Shown here piece after piece: positions 26,965 to 36,729 of a stretch of 64,000 bases of DNA. The notes under the pieces were generated by a model. It was not told where the DNA came from and ran no database searches. It worked only from the letters and a program-made list of their open reading frames with translations. Each line of letters opens with the position of its first letter. Position 1 is the stretch's first letter. Made by a program: the position numbers and the translations under genes. Source of the stretch: Alphaproteobacteria bacterium (GTDB lineage Bacteria; Pseudomonadota; Alphaproteobacteria; CAAHEQ01; UBA3637); NCBI GenBank assembly GCA_045532865.1, contig JAZSGT010000048.1, positions 128 through 64,127 of the forward strand. Direction: 5' to 3'.

Positions 26965-27957
26965 ATGATGAGTTTTTATGAAGACGAACATGCAATGTCA
27001 AGGCACTCTTCTTGTTTAGGGTTGTCTGTGGGTCTTCATATTCTCATTTTAATTTTAATGTGTTTTAATTTTGCTTGGAGTACGGATGAGTTTGAAAAAT
27101 CACCACCAGCTATTTTGATGGTTGATTTAACAAAAGTTAAAATTGATGAAAAAACAAATTTGCCTCCTCTTGTTAAAGAGGTAAAAAAAGAAGTTCCTCA
27201 ACAACCTCAAGAAGTGAAAAAAGAAGAGAAAAAGGTGGAACCTAAAAAAGAAAATAAAACACCTCTTGTGAAAAAGGTTGAACCAGCACCAAAGGTGGAA
27301 CCTCAAAAACCAAAAGAAGTTGCACCGAAAAAAGAAGCAGTTAAGGTTCAAGAAAAAAAAGTTGAACCTAAAAAAGAGGTGAAGAAAAAAGAGCCTAAAA
27401 AAGAAGTGAAAAAAGAAAAACCAAAGCCTCAGCCCAAAAAACAACCAAAAGTTGCGCCAAAACCTGTTCCTAAAAAGCAAAATCAAGGCTTGCAAAGTTT
27501 GTTAGCTTCTGTTGAAAAGGTCAGAAAAGCAGCAAATCCGGCCCCACAAAAAGCGGCTCTTCCTGCTGCTGGGGAAACGGTCAATAAAGGAATTGCTGGG
27601 GGAACAGAAGGTTCTTTGATGAGTGATTTGACAATTTCAGAAAAAGACCTAATTGCTAATAAGATCCGTTCTTGTTGGAATGTGAATGCAGGCGTTCAAG
27701 ATGTGGATAAGATGATTATTGAAGTAAGAGCTTTTATTAACAAAGACGGGTCCGTTAGAGAAGTGAAAATTTTGAATATGAAACAAGATCCAATTTTTAG
27801 ATCAATGGCTGAAAGTGCCAAACGAGCAATTTATGTTTGTGATGCTAAAGGGGAAGAGTCTCCATTTAGAATTTTGGCAAACAAAAGGCCTAATATGTAT
27901 AATTCATGGAAACAGATTTATTTGAGAATGAACCCAGTTGATGGAGGTGTGTATTAA
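26965..27957 (+). CDS. tolA: TolA-like protein: N-terminal TM, K/E/P-rich linker and C-terminal globular domain
   Basis: It lies between tolR and tolB. It has a single TM ([17 protein letters not shown]), a long EPKKE/VKKE low-complexity spacer, and a TonB/TolA-type C-terminal region (IRSCWNV ... VREVKIL). Confidence 0.65.
   Translation: MMSFYEDEHAMSRHSSCLGLSVGLHILILILMCFNFAWSTDEFEKSPPAILMVDLTKVKIDEKTNLPPLVKEVKKEVPQQPQEVKKEEKKVEPKKENKTPLVKKVEPAPKVEPQKPKEVAPKKEAVKVQEKKVEPKKEVKKKEPKKEVKKEKPKPQPKKQPKVAPKPVPKKQNQGLQSLLASVEKVRKAANPAPQKAALPAAGETVNKGIAGGTEGSLMSDLTISEKDLIANKIRSCWNVNAGVQDVDKMIIEVRAFINKDGSVREVKILNMKQDPIFRSMAESAKRAIYVCDAKGEESPFRILANKRPNMYNSWKQIYLRMNPVDGGVY
27175..27480 (+). repeat. Low-complexity coding repeats (KKE/EPKK/PKP units) inside tolA
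   Basis: aaaaaagaag / cctaaaaaaga motifs recur. They also generate a spurious antisense ORF at 27127..27495. Confidence 0.7.
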
Positions 27958-29255
27958 TGAAGAAATTTTTGTTGATGGTATTAATGATGGTTGTAGCTTG
28001 TGTTTCTTCATTAAGAGCAGAAATTCGCATTGATGTTACAGGGGCGCAATCTGAACCGTTGCCTTTTGCGATGCCGGATTTGATTGGGGCTGATGGTGAT
28101 GAATTAACAGAAGTTGTTGTGGCAGATTTAGAGCGTTCAGGTTTATTCAGACACATTAATCCAAATGCGTATATTCAAAAGTTTTCAAGCATTGATACAA
28201 GACCAAATTTTAACGATTGGCGTGCAATTAATGCTCAAGCGTTAATTTATGGTACTGTGTCAGAGCGCTTTGGCAAAATGACGGTTGCTTTTCGCATTTA
28301 TGATGTTTATGCAGGCACAGAGTTATATGCCAAATCATTTACAGCTGATTCAAAGTCATGGCGTAAGTTGGCTCATATGATTGCAGATGCTATTTATGAA
28401 CGTGTGACAGGGGAAAAAGGCTATTTTGATACACGTGTTGCTTTTATTGATGAACGTGGCAATCAAATGAAACGAGTGAAACGGTTAGCTATTATGGATC
28501 AAGATGGGGCTAATTTGACCTATTTGACAGATGGAAAAGACCTTGTTTTAACGCCTCGTTTTTCTCCGAATATGAAAGAGGTGGCTTATTTTTCTTATAA
28601 AGATGGAAATCCAAAAGTCTATTTGATGGATGTGAACACAAGAAGTTCAACTTTGGTGGGTAATTTTAAAGGTATGACATTTGCACCACGCTTTTCACCT
28701 GATGGCAAAAAGTTGCTCATTTCATTAGCCAAAAGGGGTAATTCAGATATTTATACCTATGATTTGGATACCAAAAAACAAGTTCAATTAACCAATCATC
28801 CCTCCATTAACACATCTCCCAGTTATTCGCCGGATGGGAAGCAAATTGTCTTTAACTCAGATAGAGGTGGTAACCAACAGTTGTATATTATGAATGCTGA
28901 TGGATCCAATGTGCATCGTATTAGTTTTGGAGAAGGGACATATGCTACACCTGTTTGGTCTCCTAGAGGTGATTACATTGCGTTTACAAAAATCAGACAT
29001 GGTCAATTCCATATCGGTGTGATTAAACCAGATGGCTCAGGAGAGCGCTTAATCACCAATGGATTTTTGGTGGAATCTCCTTCTTGGGCTCCAAATGGAC
29101 GTGTTTTGATGTTCTATCGAAAAGCCCCTTCAAGAAGCGATGGCTCTGGGGGTGATTCAAGATTATATACTATTGATATTACAGGATATAATGAAAGACA
29201 ACTTATCACACCAAATAGTGCATCAGCGCCTGCTTGGTCGCCTTTATTACATTAA
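27957..29255 (+). CDS. tolB: Tol-Pal system beta-propeller protein TolB
   Basis: A signal peptide is present, together with repeated PxFSPDGK / [13 protein letters not shown] / [12 protein letters not shown] / SPSWAPNGR propeller blades. Confidence 0.95.
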   Translation: MKKFLLMVLMMVVACVSSLRAEIRIDVTGAQSEPLPFAMPDLIGADGDELTEVVVADLERSGLFRHINPNAYIQKFSSIDTRPNFNDWRAINAQALIYGTVSERFGKMTVAFRIYDVYAGTELYAKSFTADSKSWRKLAHMIADAIYERVTGEKGYFDTRVAFIDERGNQMKRVKRLAIMDQDGANLTYLTDGKDLVLTPRFSPNMKEVAYFSYKDGNPKVYLMDVNTRSSTLVGNFKGMTFAPRFSPDGKKLLISLAKRGNSDIYTYDLDTKKQVQLTNHPSINTSPSYSPDGKQIVFNSDRGGNQQLYIMNADGSNVHRISFGEGTYATPVWSPRGDYIAFTKIRHGQFHIGVIKPDGSGERLITNGFLVESPSWAPNGRVLMFYRKAPSRSDGSGGDSRLYTIDITGYNERQLITPNSASAPAWSPLLH

Positions 29256-29349
29256 TGAAAAAAAAATTAAATAAGATATTGATTTTTATTTTAAAGGAGA
29301 GTATAAAAAAAATATTAGTCAATAATTTTTTTCTTGTAAGGAGTGGGGT

Positions 29350-30033
29350 ATGAAAAAATTAAGTTCTTTGGTTCCTGTTTTAATGCTGTTATCAGCTTGT
29401 ACAAGCTATCAACCTGATATTGAAGAAGCAGCTGAAGTTCGCATTCAAAATCGAAATGAAATCAGAGCTGAACTTGGTTGTCAATTTGCTGATGAGCATG
29501 CGACATATCGCGATTGTTTAATTGCTACGTATAAAAAACAAAGACCAAGAACTTTTTCTGTTACCACAAGTTGTGATGGGCAACCTGTTGCTGTTGTTTC
29601 AAATGGAGAACTTAAACCAACAAACCCTGCAATTATGCATGCAGCAGGAATTGAAACATCAACAGTTGTAACAACAGTTCCAGTTCAAGCTCCTGATGCG
29701 CAACAACCAACTCCTGTACAAGTACAAGAAGGATGCATTTCTCTTCCAGGGCAACCATGTGTTTATCAACAACAAGGTGAAGTTTATGAAATGCAAATTC
29801 CAGCAATTCCTTGTGGTCAAGAAGAATGCCCACCTTTAATTGAAGGACCAAAAACAGTTACCGTTACAACAACAGAAACTGTTACAGAAAAACCAGTTGA
29901 AGTTGTTCCAATGCCAGAGCCACTTCCAGAAAAAACATGGTGGGAAACATATCAAGAAACAAAAGAACCACCAAAAGTTGTATGTCCATGTCCAGATCCT
30001 AATGATCCATGCCCACAATGCAACTCTAAATAA
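29350..30033 (+). CDS. Lipoprotein, Cys/Pro/Thr-rich, in the position normally held by pal but without an OmpA-like domain
   Basis: The signal peptide ends in a lipobox, LLSAC. The body has paired cysteines, a TVTVTTTETVTEKPVEVVPMPEPLPE tract and a C-terminal CPCPDPNDPCPQC. No NxxLSxxRA peptidoglycan-binding motif is visible. Confidence 0.7.
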   Translation: MKKLSSLVPVLMLLSACTSYQPDIEEAAEVRIQNRNEIRAELGCQFADEHATYRDCLIATYKKQRPRTFSVTTSCDGQPVAVVSNGELKPTNPAIMHAAGIETSTVVTTVPVQAPDAQQPTPVQVQEGCISLPGQPCVYQQQGEVYEMQIPAIPCGQEECPPLIEGPKTVTVTTTETVTEKPVEVVPMPEPLPEKTWWETYQETKEPPKVVCPCPDPNDPCPQCNSK

Positions 30034-30063
30034 TATTTTATAGGGTAACTAACTATAAAAAAT

Positions 30064-30105
30064 CCCTTCTTATGTAGGTCGTTCTACACTGCGAAGGGGT
30101 TTTTT
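30064..30105 (+). terminator. Terminator; palindromic element copy (tgtag...ctaca family)
   Basis: cccttc-ttatgtag-gtcgtt-ctacac-tgc-gaagggg is followed by T6. Confidence 0.75.
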
Positions 30106-30143
30106 ATGTTATTTCCCTCTCTAAAATATTATTTAACCCCATA

Positions 30144-30258
30144 TTCTTTTCTCATGTAGGTCTATCTACACCACGAAACAGGTATTAGTTTTATTCTAGC
30201 ACTTTTAGTTTTATTTAAACCAACCCTTTTTATATAGGGCATTTTGCACTTTGAGGGG
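30144..30258. repeat. Two further, degenerate copies of the palindromic element
   Basis: The copies are ttttctcatgtaggtctatctacaccacgaaa (about 30147-30178) and ccctttttatatagggcattttgcactttgagggg (30224-30258). They have the same outer-stem/inner-stem layout as 30064..30105 and 20590..20620. Confidence 0.55.
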
Positions 30259-30278
30259 ATATAAACGTTCCTCTAAAG

Positions 30279-31226
30279 CTAAATTTTGCCTTGTTTAATA
30301 ATGTTTAAGCAAGTGGCAATGGCACTTGATGAAAAACGGCTTGAGATGTCTTGATGTCTATGTATATCTTTTGGAATATCCATATATTCACCAAATTGCT
30401 CATATAAAAGCGCTTCTGGCATATTACCCCCTTCGAAAAAGTTAGATTCAAATTCAATTTTCTGAGAAGGAAAAACCCAATCATAATCAAAAATAGCTGG
30501 TGATTTTGAACTCATTTCTATCCCATAGATAAGGCTTTTTTGAGGTGTTTCTTTATCTATTCTTAAAAGTTCAGATGAAAGGGCTTCAACCTCATTAGAA
30601 GAATTAAGTAAAGGGGATTGAGAGGGGAGTTTTGTCCAATCATAATGGATTTTTTTGTGTAATAATTGCCATTTTTGTTTTAAGGCTTCTTTATCTTCTT
30701 TTGTTTTTAAATGACAAGGGTAAATATCAAGAGGAAACACATCAATTTGCAAAGGCGTATCTTTATAATAAATGCGAATACAATCTCCTTTAGTCGTTGA
30801 AATGTAGGGATGATTTTTAAATTCTTTTTTTATAATCGATTGAACTTTGTTGTAGTCTTCTCTGAGCATCATCAAATCAATATCATCATCCCAAGGGATA
30901 AATCCTTTGTGACGATAGGCTCCAAGAAGTGTTCCTGCAAATAAGGTATATTTTAGTTGATATTTATCAAAAATGGTTGCAATTTCTTTTAAAAACAAGG
31001 CATCAGCTTCTTGTAAAATGCGAAGAGGACCTTTTACTTTTGGAAATTTTGTAACATCAATTTTATAAAGATTATACAACTGAATGGTGTTTTCAAGATC
31101 CTCAATTTTCTTGTGGAGTTTTTTAAGAGTGATATTATTTTTAGGGTGATGCTTTTTCTTAAAATGCTCTCTGTTTTTTTTAGATGGAATGAGGTGTGAG
31201 ATAATTGTATAAGCTAAGAAATTCAT
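30279..31226 (-). CDS. LicD-family phosphotransferase (phosphocholine or polyol-phosphate transferase type)
   Basis: LFAGTLLGAYRHKGFIPWDDDIDLMM is the LicD nucleotidyltransferase-fold signature (GTLLGAxRHxGFIPWDDDxD). Confidence 0.8.
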   Translation of the reverse strand: MNFLAYTIISHLIPSKKNREHFKKKHHPKNNITLKKLHKKIEDLENTIQLYNLYKIDVTKFPKVKGPLRILQEADALFLKEIATIFDKYQLKYTLFAGTLLGAYRHKGFIPWDDDIDLMMLREDYNKVQSIIKKEFKNHPYISTTKGDCIRIYYKDTPLQIDVFPLDIYPCHLKTKEDKEALKQKWQLLHKKIHYDWTKLPSQSPLLNSSNEVEALSSELLRIDKETPQKSLIYGIEMSSKSPAIFDYDWVFPSQKIEFESNFFEGGNMPEALLYEQFGEYMDIPKDIHRHQDISSRFSSSAIATCLNIIKQGKI

Positions 31227-31235
31227 TTTTTTTCC

Positions 31236-32234
31236 TTATTTGAGTGATGATATAAATATATTATAAAGATATTTTATCATATTTTTCAAGGAAAGATTTT
31301 GTGGTTCAAATATTTTTTCTTGCTTCAATTTTTGAAGTTTGGGAAGATATGTTTGAAGCCAAAAAGAATAATCTTTTTCTTTTTTGGGCATTTTGAAAAC
31401 ACATCTAAAAAAACGATTGGCAATATAATTTTTGAAAACTTTTTTTGTTGTTTTGTTTATCTTATTTTCTTGCATCAAAAGAAACAGACGTTTTGTAACT
31501 TCAAGTTCATCATCCAATCTTTTTTGAGTCAGAGGTTTATGCATGGCACTATTTTCTCTTGTTCGATAAAAATAAAGAACTTCAGGAACATAAACAGCTG
31601 CCTTTGACTGAAGAAGAAGGGTGTACAAAAATATCAAATCCTCTCCAACGGTTAATCCTTTTGGAAAATGAATGTGTTGTAGAGTTTCATTTTTGTATAA
31701 TTTGGCACAAGAAGAGGCGCCAATACGTGGTTTTTTACGTTTGACAAAATGGTCAAAAGGTTGATTTATATTTGTTGGACGAGGTGTGATTGTTTCTTCA
31801 TTTTTTTCAAAAGGAAAAAGCGTTTCTTTAAAATCACCCCAAGCAAAGTTAGCTTGTGGATTTTCTTTTAAAGGTTGATAAAGTTTTTCTAAAAATGTGG
31901 GAGCAATTGTGTCATCACTATCTAAAAAGGTGATGTAATCTCCTTTTGCATGGGAAAGACCAGTATTTCTTGCAATTGAAACACCTTGATTTTGTTGTGA
32001 AATGACTTTTATACGTGTGTCTTTTAACTGAAATTTTTTTAATATAGCTAATGAATTATCTGGTGAACCATCATTAATACAAATGACTTCAAAATCTTGA
32101 AATGTTTGTTCTAAAACGGAGTTTAAACAGTCGGTAATAAATTCTTCAGTATTATAAACAGGAATAATTATAGAAATAAGCGGCATTGAAACTCCGAATG
32201 CAAATTTAACTTTAGTTATATTTGCAGTATACAT
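31236..32234 (-). CDS. Family 2 glycosyltransferase
   Basis: ISIIIPVYNTEEFITDCLNSVLEQTFQDFEVICINDGSPDNS and FLDSDD (the DxD) are present. The start may be the internal MPLISI at 32186. Confidence 0.85.
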   Translation of the reverse strand: MYTANITKVKFAFGVSMPLISIIIPVYNTEEFITDCLNSVLEQTFQDFEVICINDGSPDNSLAILKKFQLKDTRIKVISQQNQGVSIARNTGLSHAKGDYITFLDSDDTIAPTFLEKLYQPLKENPQANFAWGDFKETLFPFEKNEETITPRPTNINQPFDHFVKRKKPRIGASSCAKLYKNETLQHIHFPKGLTVGEDLIFLYTLLLQSKAAVYVPEVLYFYRTRENSAMHKPLTQKRLDDELEVTKRLFLLMQENKINKTTKKVFKNYIANRFFRCVFKMPKKEKDYSFWLQTYLPKLQKLKQEKIFEPQNLSLKNMIKYLYNIFISSLK

Positions 32235-32436
32235 AAAAAAAAGGATTTGTCAACAAGTGGACTTGTGGCTAAAAATTTGTTTTTTTAATGATATAATATG
32301 TTTCTAAGTTGTTGAAACATAAGGAAATATGTTTTTTATTCAAAACATGTATTGAGCTATTTACAAACTTTATTTCACCCCCCATCTTTTGGTTAATTTT
32401 GAAGTTTTAATATTTTTTTAGGTTAAAAAAAATGGA

Positions 32437-33633
32437 ATGAAAATGCGTAAAGTTAAACTTCTTTTTGATGTGGAGCAACTTTCAACTGATGGGTTGAAAG
32501 GCACGGGTATTGTTCGAGTGGCTGATGTTTTGCTTCAAGGTCTTTTAAAAAAAGAAAGAATAGATCTCTATCCCATTATCACGTCAAAACGGGGTGATTT
32601 TGATAGGTATTTAAAAGAAAAGGGTTTGTATGACACTTTGAAAGATAAAATCATCTATTTACCTAAATTAAAATCTACCACAAAACAGGTGAACTGGTAT
32701 CAAAAAATAAGGAGCTTTTGGTTAACAAAATGGTATGGGGCTTTGTATAAAAAAAAGTTGGATAAGTTTGATGTTTATTTATCTCTTTTTAGTCCCATAT
32801 CACCCATTATTTATCAAAGTGGTGTTAAAACATATATGTTTATTCATGATTTAATCCCCATTTATTATCCTGATGGGTGCAATCCAAAATTTGTTGAAAA
32901 GTTTATTTCGTGGATGAAAAATGCCAAAGCAGATGGTTATTTTTGTGTATCAAATGCTACGCTTAAAGATTTTTTAAGATTTAGGAAAGATGAAAAACAA
33001 AAAAAGGTTTTTAAACTTTATTTAGGTGTTGGGCAGAATTTTAAGTCAATAAAGGAAAAAGAAGTTATTCAAGCTATAAAAGAAAAATATCATATTCAAA
33101 CAAAACATTATTTTTTGGCAGTTTCAGAGATAACAGCACGCAAAAATTTACCACACTTGCTTAAAAGCTTTGTTCAATTTTTAGATAAAACAAAATTAGA
33201 TGATATTTCACTGGTTTTGGTTGGCCCCAAAAGAGAAGGGTATGAAACTTTGACCCATGAGCTTTCATTGCTTTCAAAACATAAAGAAAAGATTATGCAA
33301 ACAGGTTTTGTTCAAGATCAAGATTTGCCAATGTTGTATCAAGGGGCAACGGCTTTTATTTATCCAAGTTTATATGAGGGTTTTGGTTTGCCTATTTTAG
33401 AGGCGATGCAGTCAGGAACAGCTGTGATTTCAGCTGATAATACCTCTTTACCAGAAGTGGGTGGGGATGCGGTTTTTTATATTACAGGTCTAAATGAGCA
33501 AGAAACAGCTCAAGCACTTGAAAAACTCTATTTTGATAAGAATTTAAACCACAGATTGAGGCAAAAAGGTCTTAAAAGAGCTCAAAAATTTAGTTGGCAA
33601 AAAACAATTGATGCTGTGTCAACAAAGTTATGA
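32437..33633 (+). CDS. Family 4 (GT-B) glycosyltransferase
   Basis: The C-terminal block is FIYPSLYEGFGLPILEAMQSGTAVISADNTSLPEVGGDA (the EX7E region). Confidence 0.85.
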   Translation: MKMRKVKLLFDVEQLSTDGLKGTGIVRVADVLLQGLLKKERIDLYPIITSKRGDFDRYLKEKGLYDTLKDKIIYLPKLKSTTKQVNWYQKIRSFWLTKWYGALYKKKLDKFDVYLSLFSPISPIIYQSGVKTYMFIHDLIPIYYPDGCNPKFVEKFISWMKNAKADGYFCVSNATLKDFLRFRKDEKQKKVFKLYLGVGQNFKSIKEKEVIQAIKEKYHIQTKHYFLAVSEITARKNLPHLLKSFVQFLDKTKLDDISLVLVGPKREGYETLTHELSLLSKHKEKIMQTGFVQDQDLPMLYQGATAFIYPSLYEGFGLPILEAMQSGTAVISADNTSLPEVGGDAVFYITGLNEQETAQALEKLYFDKNLNHRLRQKGLKRAQKFSWQKTIDAVSTKL

Positions 33634-33650
33634 AATAAAAAGGAGAGATA

Positions 33651-34721
33651 ATGAAAAAAAAGGCACTAATTACAGGTATTACCGGTCAAGACGATTCATA
33701 TTTGGCAGAGTTTTTGCTTGAAAAAGGATATGAAGTTCATGCTATTTTGCGTCGCAGTTCTTCTCACAATACTTCACGCATAGAACATTTGATTCAAAAA
33801 ATTAAGATTCATTATGGTGATTTGACAGATAGTGTTAATTTGATGCGTTTGGTTGGTCAAATTGAACCAGATGAAATTTATAATTTAGGTGCGCAAAGCC
33901 ATGTCAAAATTTCATGGGATTGTCCTGAGTTTACAGCTGAAACAGATGCTCTTGGAACGCTTCGATTGTTAGAAGCTATTCGTGTGAATGGGTTAAGCAA
34001 AAAAACAAAATTTTATCAAGCATCAACCTCTGAGTTATATGGGCTCATTCAATCACCCATTCAAACAGAAAAGACCCCATTTTACCCTAGATCACCTTAT
34101 GGCGTGGCAAAGTTGTATGCTTACTGGATTACTTTAAATTATCGTGAAAGTTTTGGTATTTTTGCATCAAATGGAATTTTGTTTAATCATGAAAGTCCAA
34201 GACGCAGTGAAAATTTTGTTACTCGCAAGATTACGCTTGGAGCAACTAGAATTAAAGAGGGATTACAAGAATGTTTATATCTTGGTAATTTAAATGCTAA
34301 ACGAGATTGGGGACATGCAAAAGATTATGTTCGAGGTATGTGGCAAATTTTACAAGCCCCTCAAGCAGATGATTTTGTTTTAGCAACAGGTGTTACAACC
34401 TCTATTCGTGATTTTGTTACATTAACTTTTGAAATGTTAGGAATAGAAATTGTTTGGAAAGGGGAAGGCTTAAATGAAAAAGGTATTGATAAAAAAACAG
34501 GCAAGATCCTTGTTCAAGTAGATGAAAGATTTTTTCGCCCTGCTGAAGTTGATGTGCTCTTGGGAGATAGTCAAAAAGCTCTTTTAACCTTGGGGTGGAA
34601 GGCAAATTATTCTTTGAAAGAGTTGGCCCAAGAAATGGTTGAGCATGATTTGGTGTTGGCTCAAAAAGAAAAAATTTTAAAAATAAATGGGTTTGATGAG
34701 CTTATCACTTATGCAGCATAA
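33651..34721 (+). CDS. gmd: GDP-mannose 4,6-dehydratase
   Basis: The protein is near-collinear with E. coli Gmd as I recall it. Matching blocks are [10 protein letters not shown](D)[73 protein letters not shown] and [12 protein letters not shown]. Confidence 0.9.
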   Translation: MKKKALITGITGQDDSYLAEFLLEKGYEVHAILRRSSSHNTSRIEHLIQKIKIHYGDLTDSVNLMRLVGQIEPDEIYNLGAQSHVKISWDCPEFTAETDALGTLRLLEAIRVNGLSKKTKFYQASTSELYGLIQSPIQTEKTPFYPRSPYGVAKLYAYWITLNYRESFGIFASNGILFNHESPRRSENFVTRKITLGATRIKEGLQECLYLGNLNAKRDWGHAKDYVRGMWQILQAPQADDFVLATGVTTSIRDFVTLTFEMLGIEIVWKGEGLNEKGIDKKTGKILVQVDERFFRPAEVDVLLGDSQKALLTLGWKANYSLKELAQEMVEHDLVLAQKEKILKINGFDELITYAA

Positions 34722-34730
34722 AGGAGTGTT

Positions 34731-35687
34731 ATGACAAAGTATCTTATTACAGGTGTGAATGGGTTTGTGGGGCAATATTTTGCTGCATATTTGAAAGAAA
34801 AAGAACCTCAAAGCCAAATTTTGGGTGTTGATTTGATTTTAAGTGCAGATGGTTTAAGTGACCATTTTTTGCAAGTTGATTTAAAAGACAAAGCAAGGGT
34901 TTGTCACTTGATAGAAGATTACCAGCCTGATTATATTGTTCATTTAGCTGCAATTAGCTCAGTAGCTGAAAGTTGGAAGGCTCCTGCCACAACGGTTTTA
35001 AATAATACGAGTGTTTTTTTAAATTTAGTAGATGCTGTTAGGCAGTTTGATTTGGATACACGTATTTTATCCATTGGTTCTTCTGAAGAATATGGAATTT
35101 ATGATATTCCAATTAAGGAGTATTTTCATTTGCATCCTAAAAATCCGTATGCAGTTGCAAGAGTTGAACAAGAATATTTAGCCAAATTATATGTGGATCA
35201 TTTTGACTTGGATATTGTTATGACAAGGTCTTTCAACCACATAGGCCCTAAGCAGAACAAAAATTTTGTTGTTCCCTCTATTTTAAATGGCTTTATGGAT
35301 ATTTTAAAAGGTAAAAACAACAATGTCTTATCTGTTGGAAATATTGAAGTTGTACGGGATTTTTTGGATGTGCGTGATGTTGTTTCAGCCTATTATCAAA
35401 TTTTAAAATTTGGAGAAAAACGTGAAGTTTATAATGTTTGTTCAGGCTATGGTGTCAGATTAAAAGACATGATTGATTTGATTTCTGAAAAATTGGGCGT
35501 TTTCCCAAAAATTTTAGTTGATCCTTTAAAGTTAAGGTCAAATGACATTCTCTTTATTGTGGGGGATAATTCAAAATTAAAACAAGAGCTGATGTGGCAA
35601 CCAAAATTTGAGTTAAAGCAAACGCTAACAGATATGATTGAAAGTTTGAAAAATGAACAAAAAGAGTCTACTCTATATTGGGCATAG
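34731..35687 (+). CDS. rmd: GDP-4-dehydro-6-deoxy-D-mannose reductase (Rmd-like SDR)
   Basis: LITGVNGFVGQY is the Rossmann motif. HPKNPYAVARVEQE carries YxxxK. SFNHIGPKQNKNFV, VGNIEVVRDFLDVRDVVSAYYQIL and EVYNVCSG are collinear with P. aeruginosa Rmd as I recall it. The gene lies directly after gmd. Confidence 0.75.
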   Translation: MTKYLITGVNGFVGQYFAAYLKEKEPQSQILGVDLILSADGLSDHFLQVDLKDKARVCHLIEDYQPDYIVHLAAISSVAESWKAPATTVLNNTSVFLNLVDAVRQFDLDTRILSIGSSEEYGIYDIPIKEYFHLHPKNPYAVARVEQEYLAKLYVDHFDLDIVMTRSFNHIGPKQNKNFVVPSILNGFMDILKGKNNNVLSVGNIEVVRDFLDVRDVVSAYYQILKFGEKREVYNVCSGYGVRLKDMIDLISEKLGVFPKILVDPLKLRSNDILFIVGDNSKLKQELMWQPKFELKQTLTDMIESLKNEQKESTLYWA

Positions 35688-36717
35688 TTATCACAATAAA
35701 ACAAAATCAACAGGGTTTTTAAAGGAGTTGTTAGAAACAAAATATCATTTGAGGGTGTTTGATTTTAACCCAGATGAAGAATCATATGACAAGTTGCAAT
35801 CAGTGAAAAATGAATTTTTTGATGTGGTTGTTCTTTTTCAGGTGATGCCAGATTTAGAAAGGTTTAAGCAATTTGTACAAACAAAAAAGATAGTGTTTTT
35901 TCCCATGTATGATGCTGTTGAGCACAGTGATTTTAAGTTTTGGTATTTATTCAAAGATGTAAAAATCATCAATTTTTCAAAAACATTGCATGAAAAGTTA
36001 TTATCCTTTGGATTGGATACTCATTATATTCAATATTTTCCAAAACCGATTGAAAAGGAGTCCTTTTCAAAAGAAAAAGTTGTTTATTTTTGGCAAAGAG
36101 TCTCAAGCATTCACTTAGGGATGATTGAAAAGCTCTTTTCAAAAATCCGGGTTAATAAATTTTTGGTGCATAAAGCCTTAGATCCCGCACAACAGTTTGT
36201 TTTTCCTAACAAAGATATTGAAAAACGGATTGAATATTCTAATTGGTATTCCACAAAAGAAGAAATGCTTCAAGCTTTGCAAAAAGCCAATATTTATATG
36301 GCGCCACGGCTAACAGAGGGGATTGGTATGAGCTTTTTGGAAGCGATGGCTATGGGGTTGTGTGTTGTGGCAAATAATAAGCCAACGATGAATGAATATA
36401 TTAAACAAGGTAAAACAGGGATTTTATATAATCAAGATAATATTGAGCCGTTGGATGATTTTGATGCTGTTCAAATTGGAAGAAATGCTCAAAATTATAT
36501 TAAACAAGGTTACGAGATTTGGGAAAAAGAAAAGATCAATATCTTAAAATGGATGGATGAACCTGTTCAAATAAATAAAAATCAGATGGAAAAACAGATT
36601 TGTACAGTAACTTATTTTTTGTTTTCCTTTTTAGAGATTTTAAAAATAAAGGTTATGCCTTATGCAATTAAAATCAATCTTTTTAAATTTATTCCACTAT
36701 TTTATATAAAAAAATAA
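35653..36717 (+). CDS. GT-B (family 4-like) glycosyltransferase with a basic-aromatic C-terminal tail
   Basis: EGIGMSFLEAMAMGLCVVANNKPTMNEYIKQGKTGILY is the EX7E-type block. The tail is LKIKVMPYAIKINLFKFIPLFYIKK. It overlaps rmd by 35 nt. Confidence 0.7.
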   Translation: MNKKSLLYIGHSYHNKTKSTGFLKELLETKYHLRVFDFNPDEESYDKLQSVKNEFFDVVVLFQVMPDLERFKQFVQTKKIVFFPMYDAVEHSDFKFWYLFKDVKIINFSKTLHEKLLSFGLDTHYIQYFPKPIEKESFSKEKVVYFWQRVSSIHLGMIEKLFSKIRVNKFLVHKALDPAQQFVFPNKDIEKRIEYSNWYSTKEEMLQALQKANIYMAPRLTEGIGMSFLEAMAMGLCVVANNKPTMNEYIKQGKTGILYNQDNIEPLDDFDAVQIGRNAQNYIKQGYEIWEKEKINILKWMDEPVQINKNQMEKQICTVTYFLFSFLEILKIKVMPYAIKINLFKFIPLFYIKK

Positions 36718-36729
36718 GAGGTTTTAAGG

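Noticed and set aside
26560-26991. A 143-aa minus-strand ORF
   Set aside because: It lies entirely antisense to the well-supported tolR gene. It has an odd Cys/His/Phe-rich composition and no SD.
27127-27495. A 122-aa minus-strand ORF rich in F/L/R
   Set aside because: It is antisense to the K/E/P low-complexity linker of tolA. It is an artefact of AAG/GAA-rich coding repeats.
29350-30033. Annotating the lipoprotein after tolB as Pal
   Set aside because: Its position fits, but I can see no OmpA-like peptidoglycan-binding motif. It is reported as an unknown lipoprotein instead.
29633-30043. Several 60-72-aa ORFs on both strands inside the lipoprotein gene. The same applies to the many short antisense ORFs throughout the track.
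   Set aside because: They are fully nested in longer, better-supported genes, and they have biased composition typical of alternative frames in AT-rich coding DNA.
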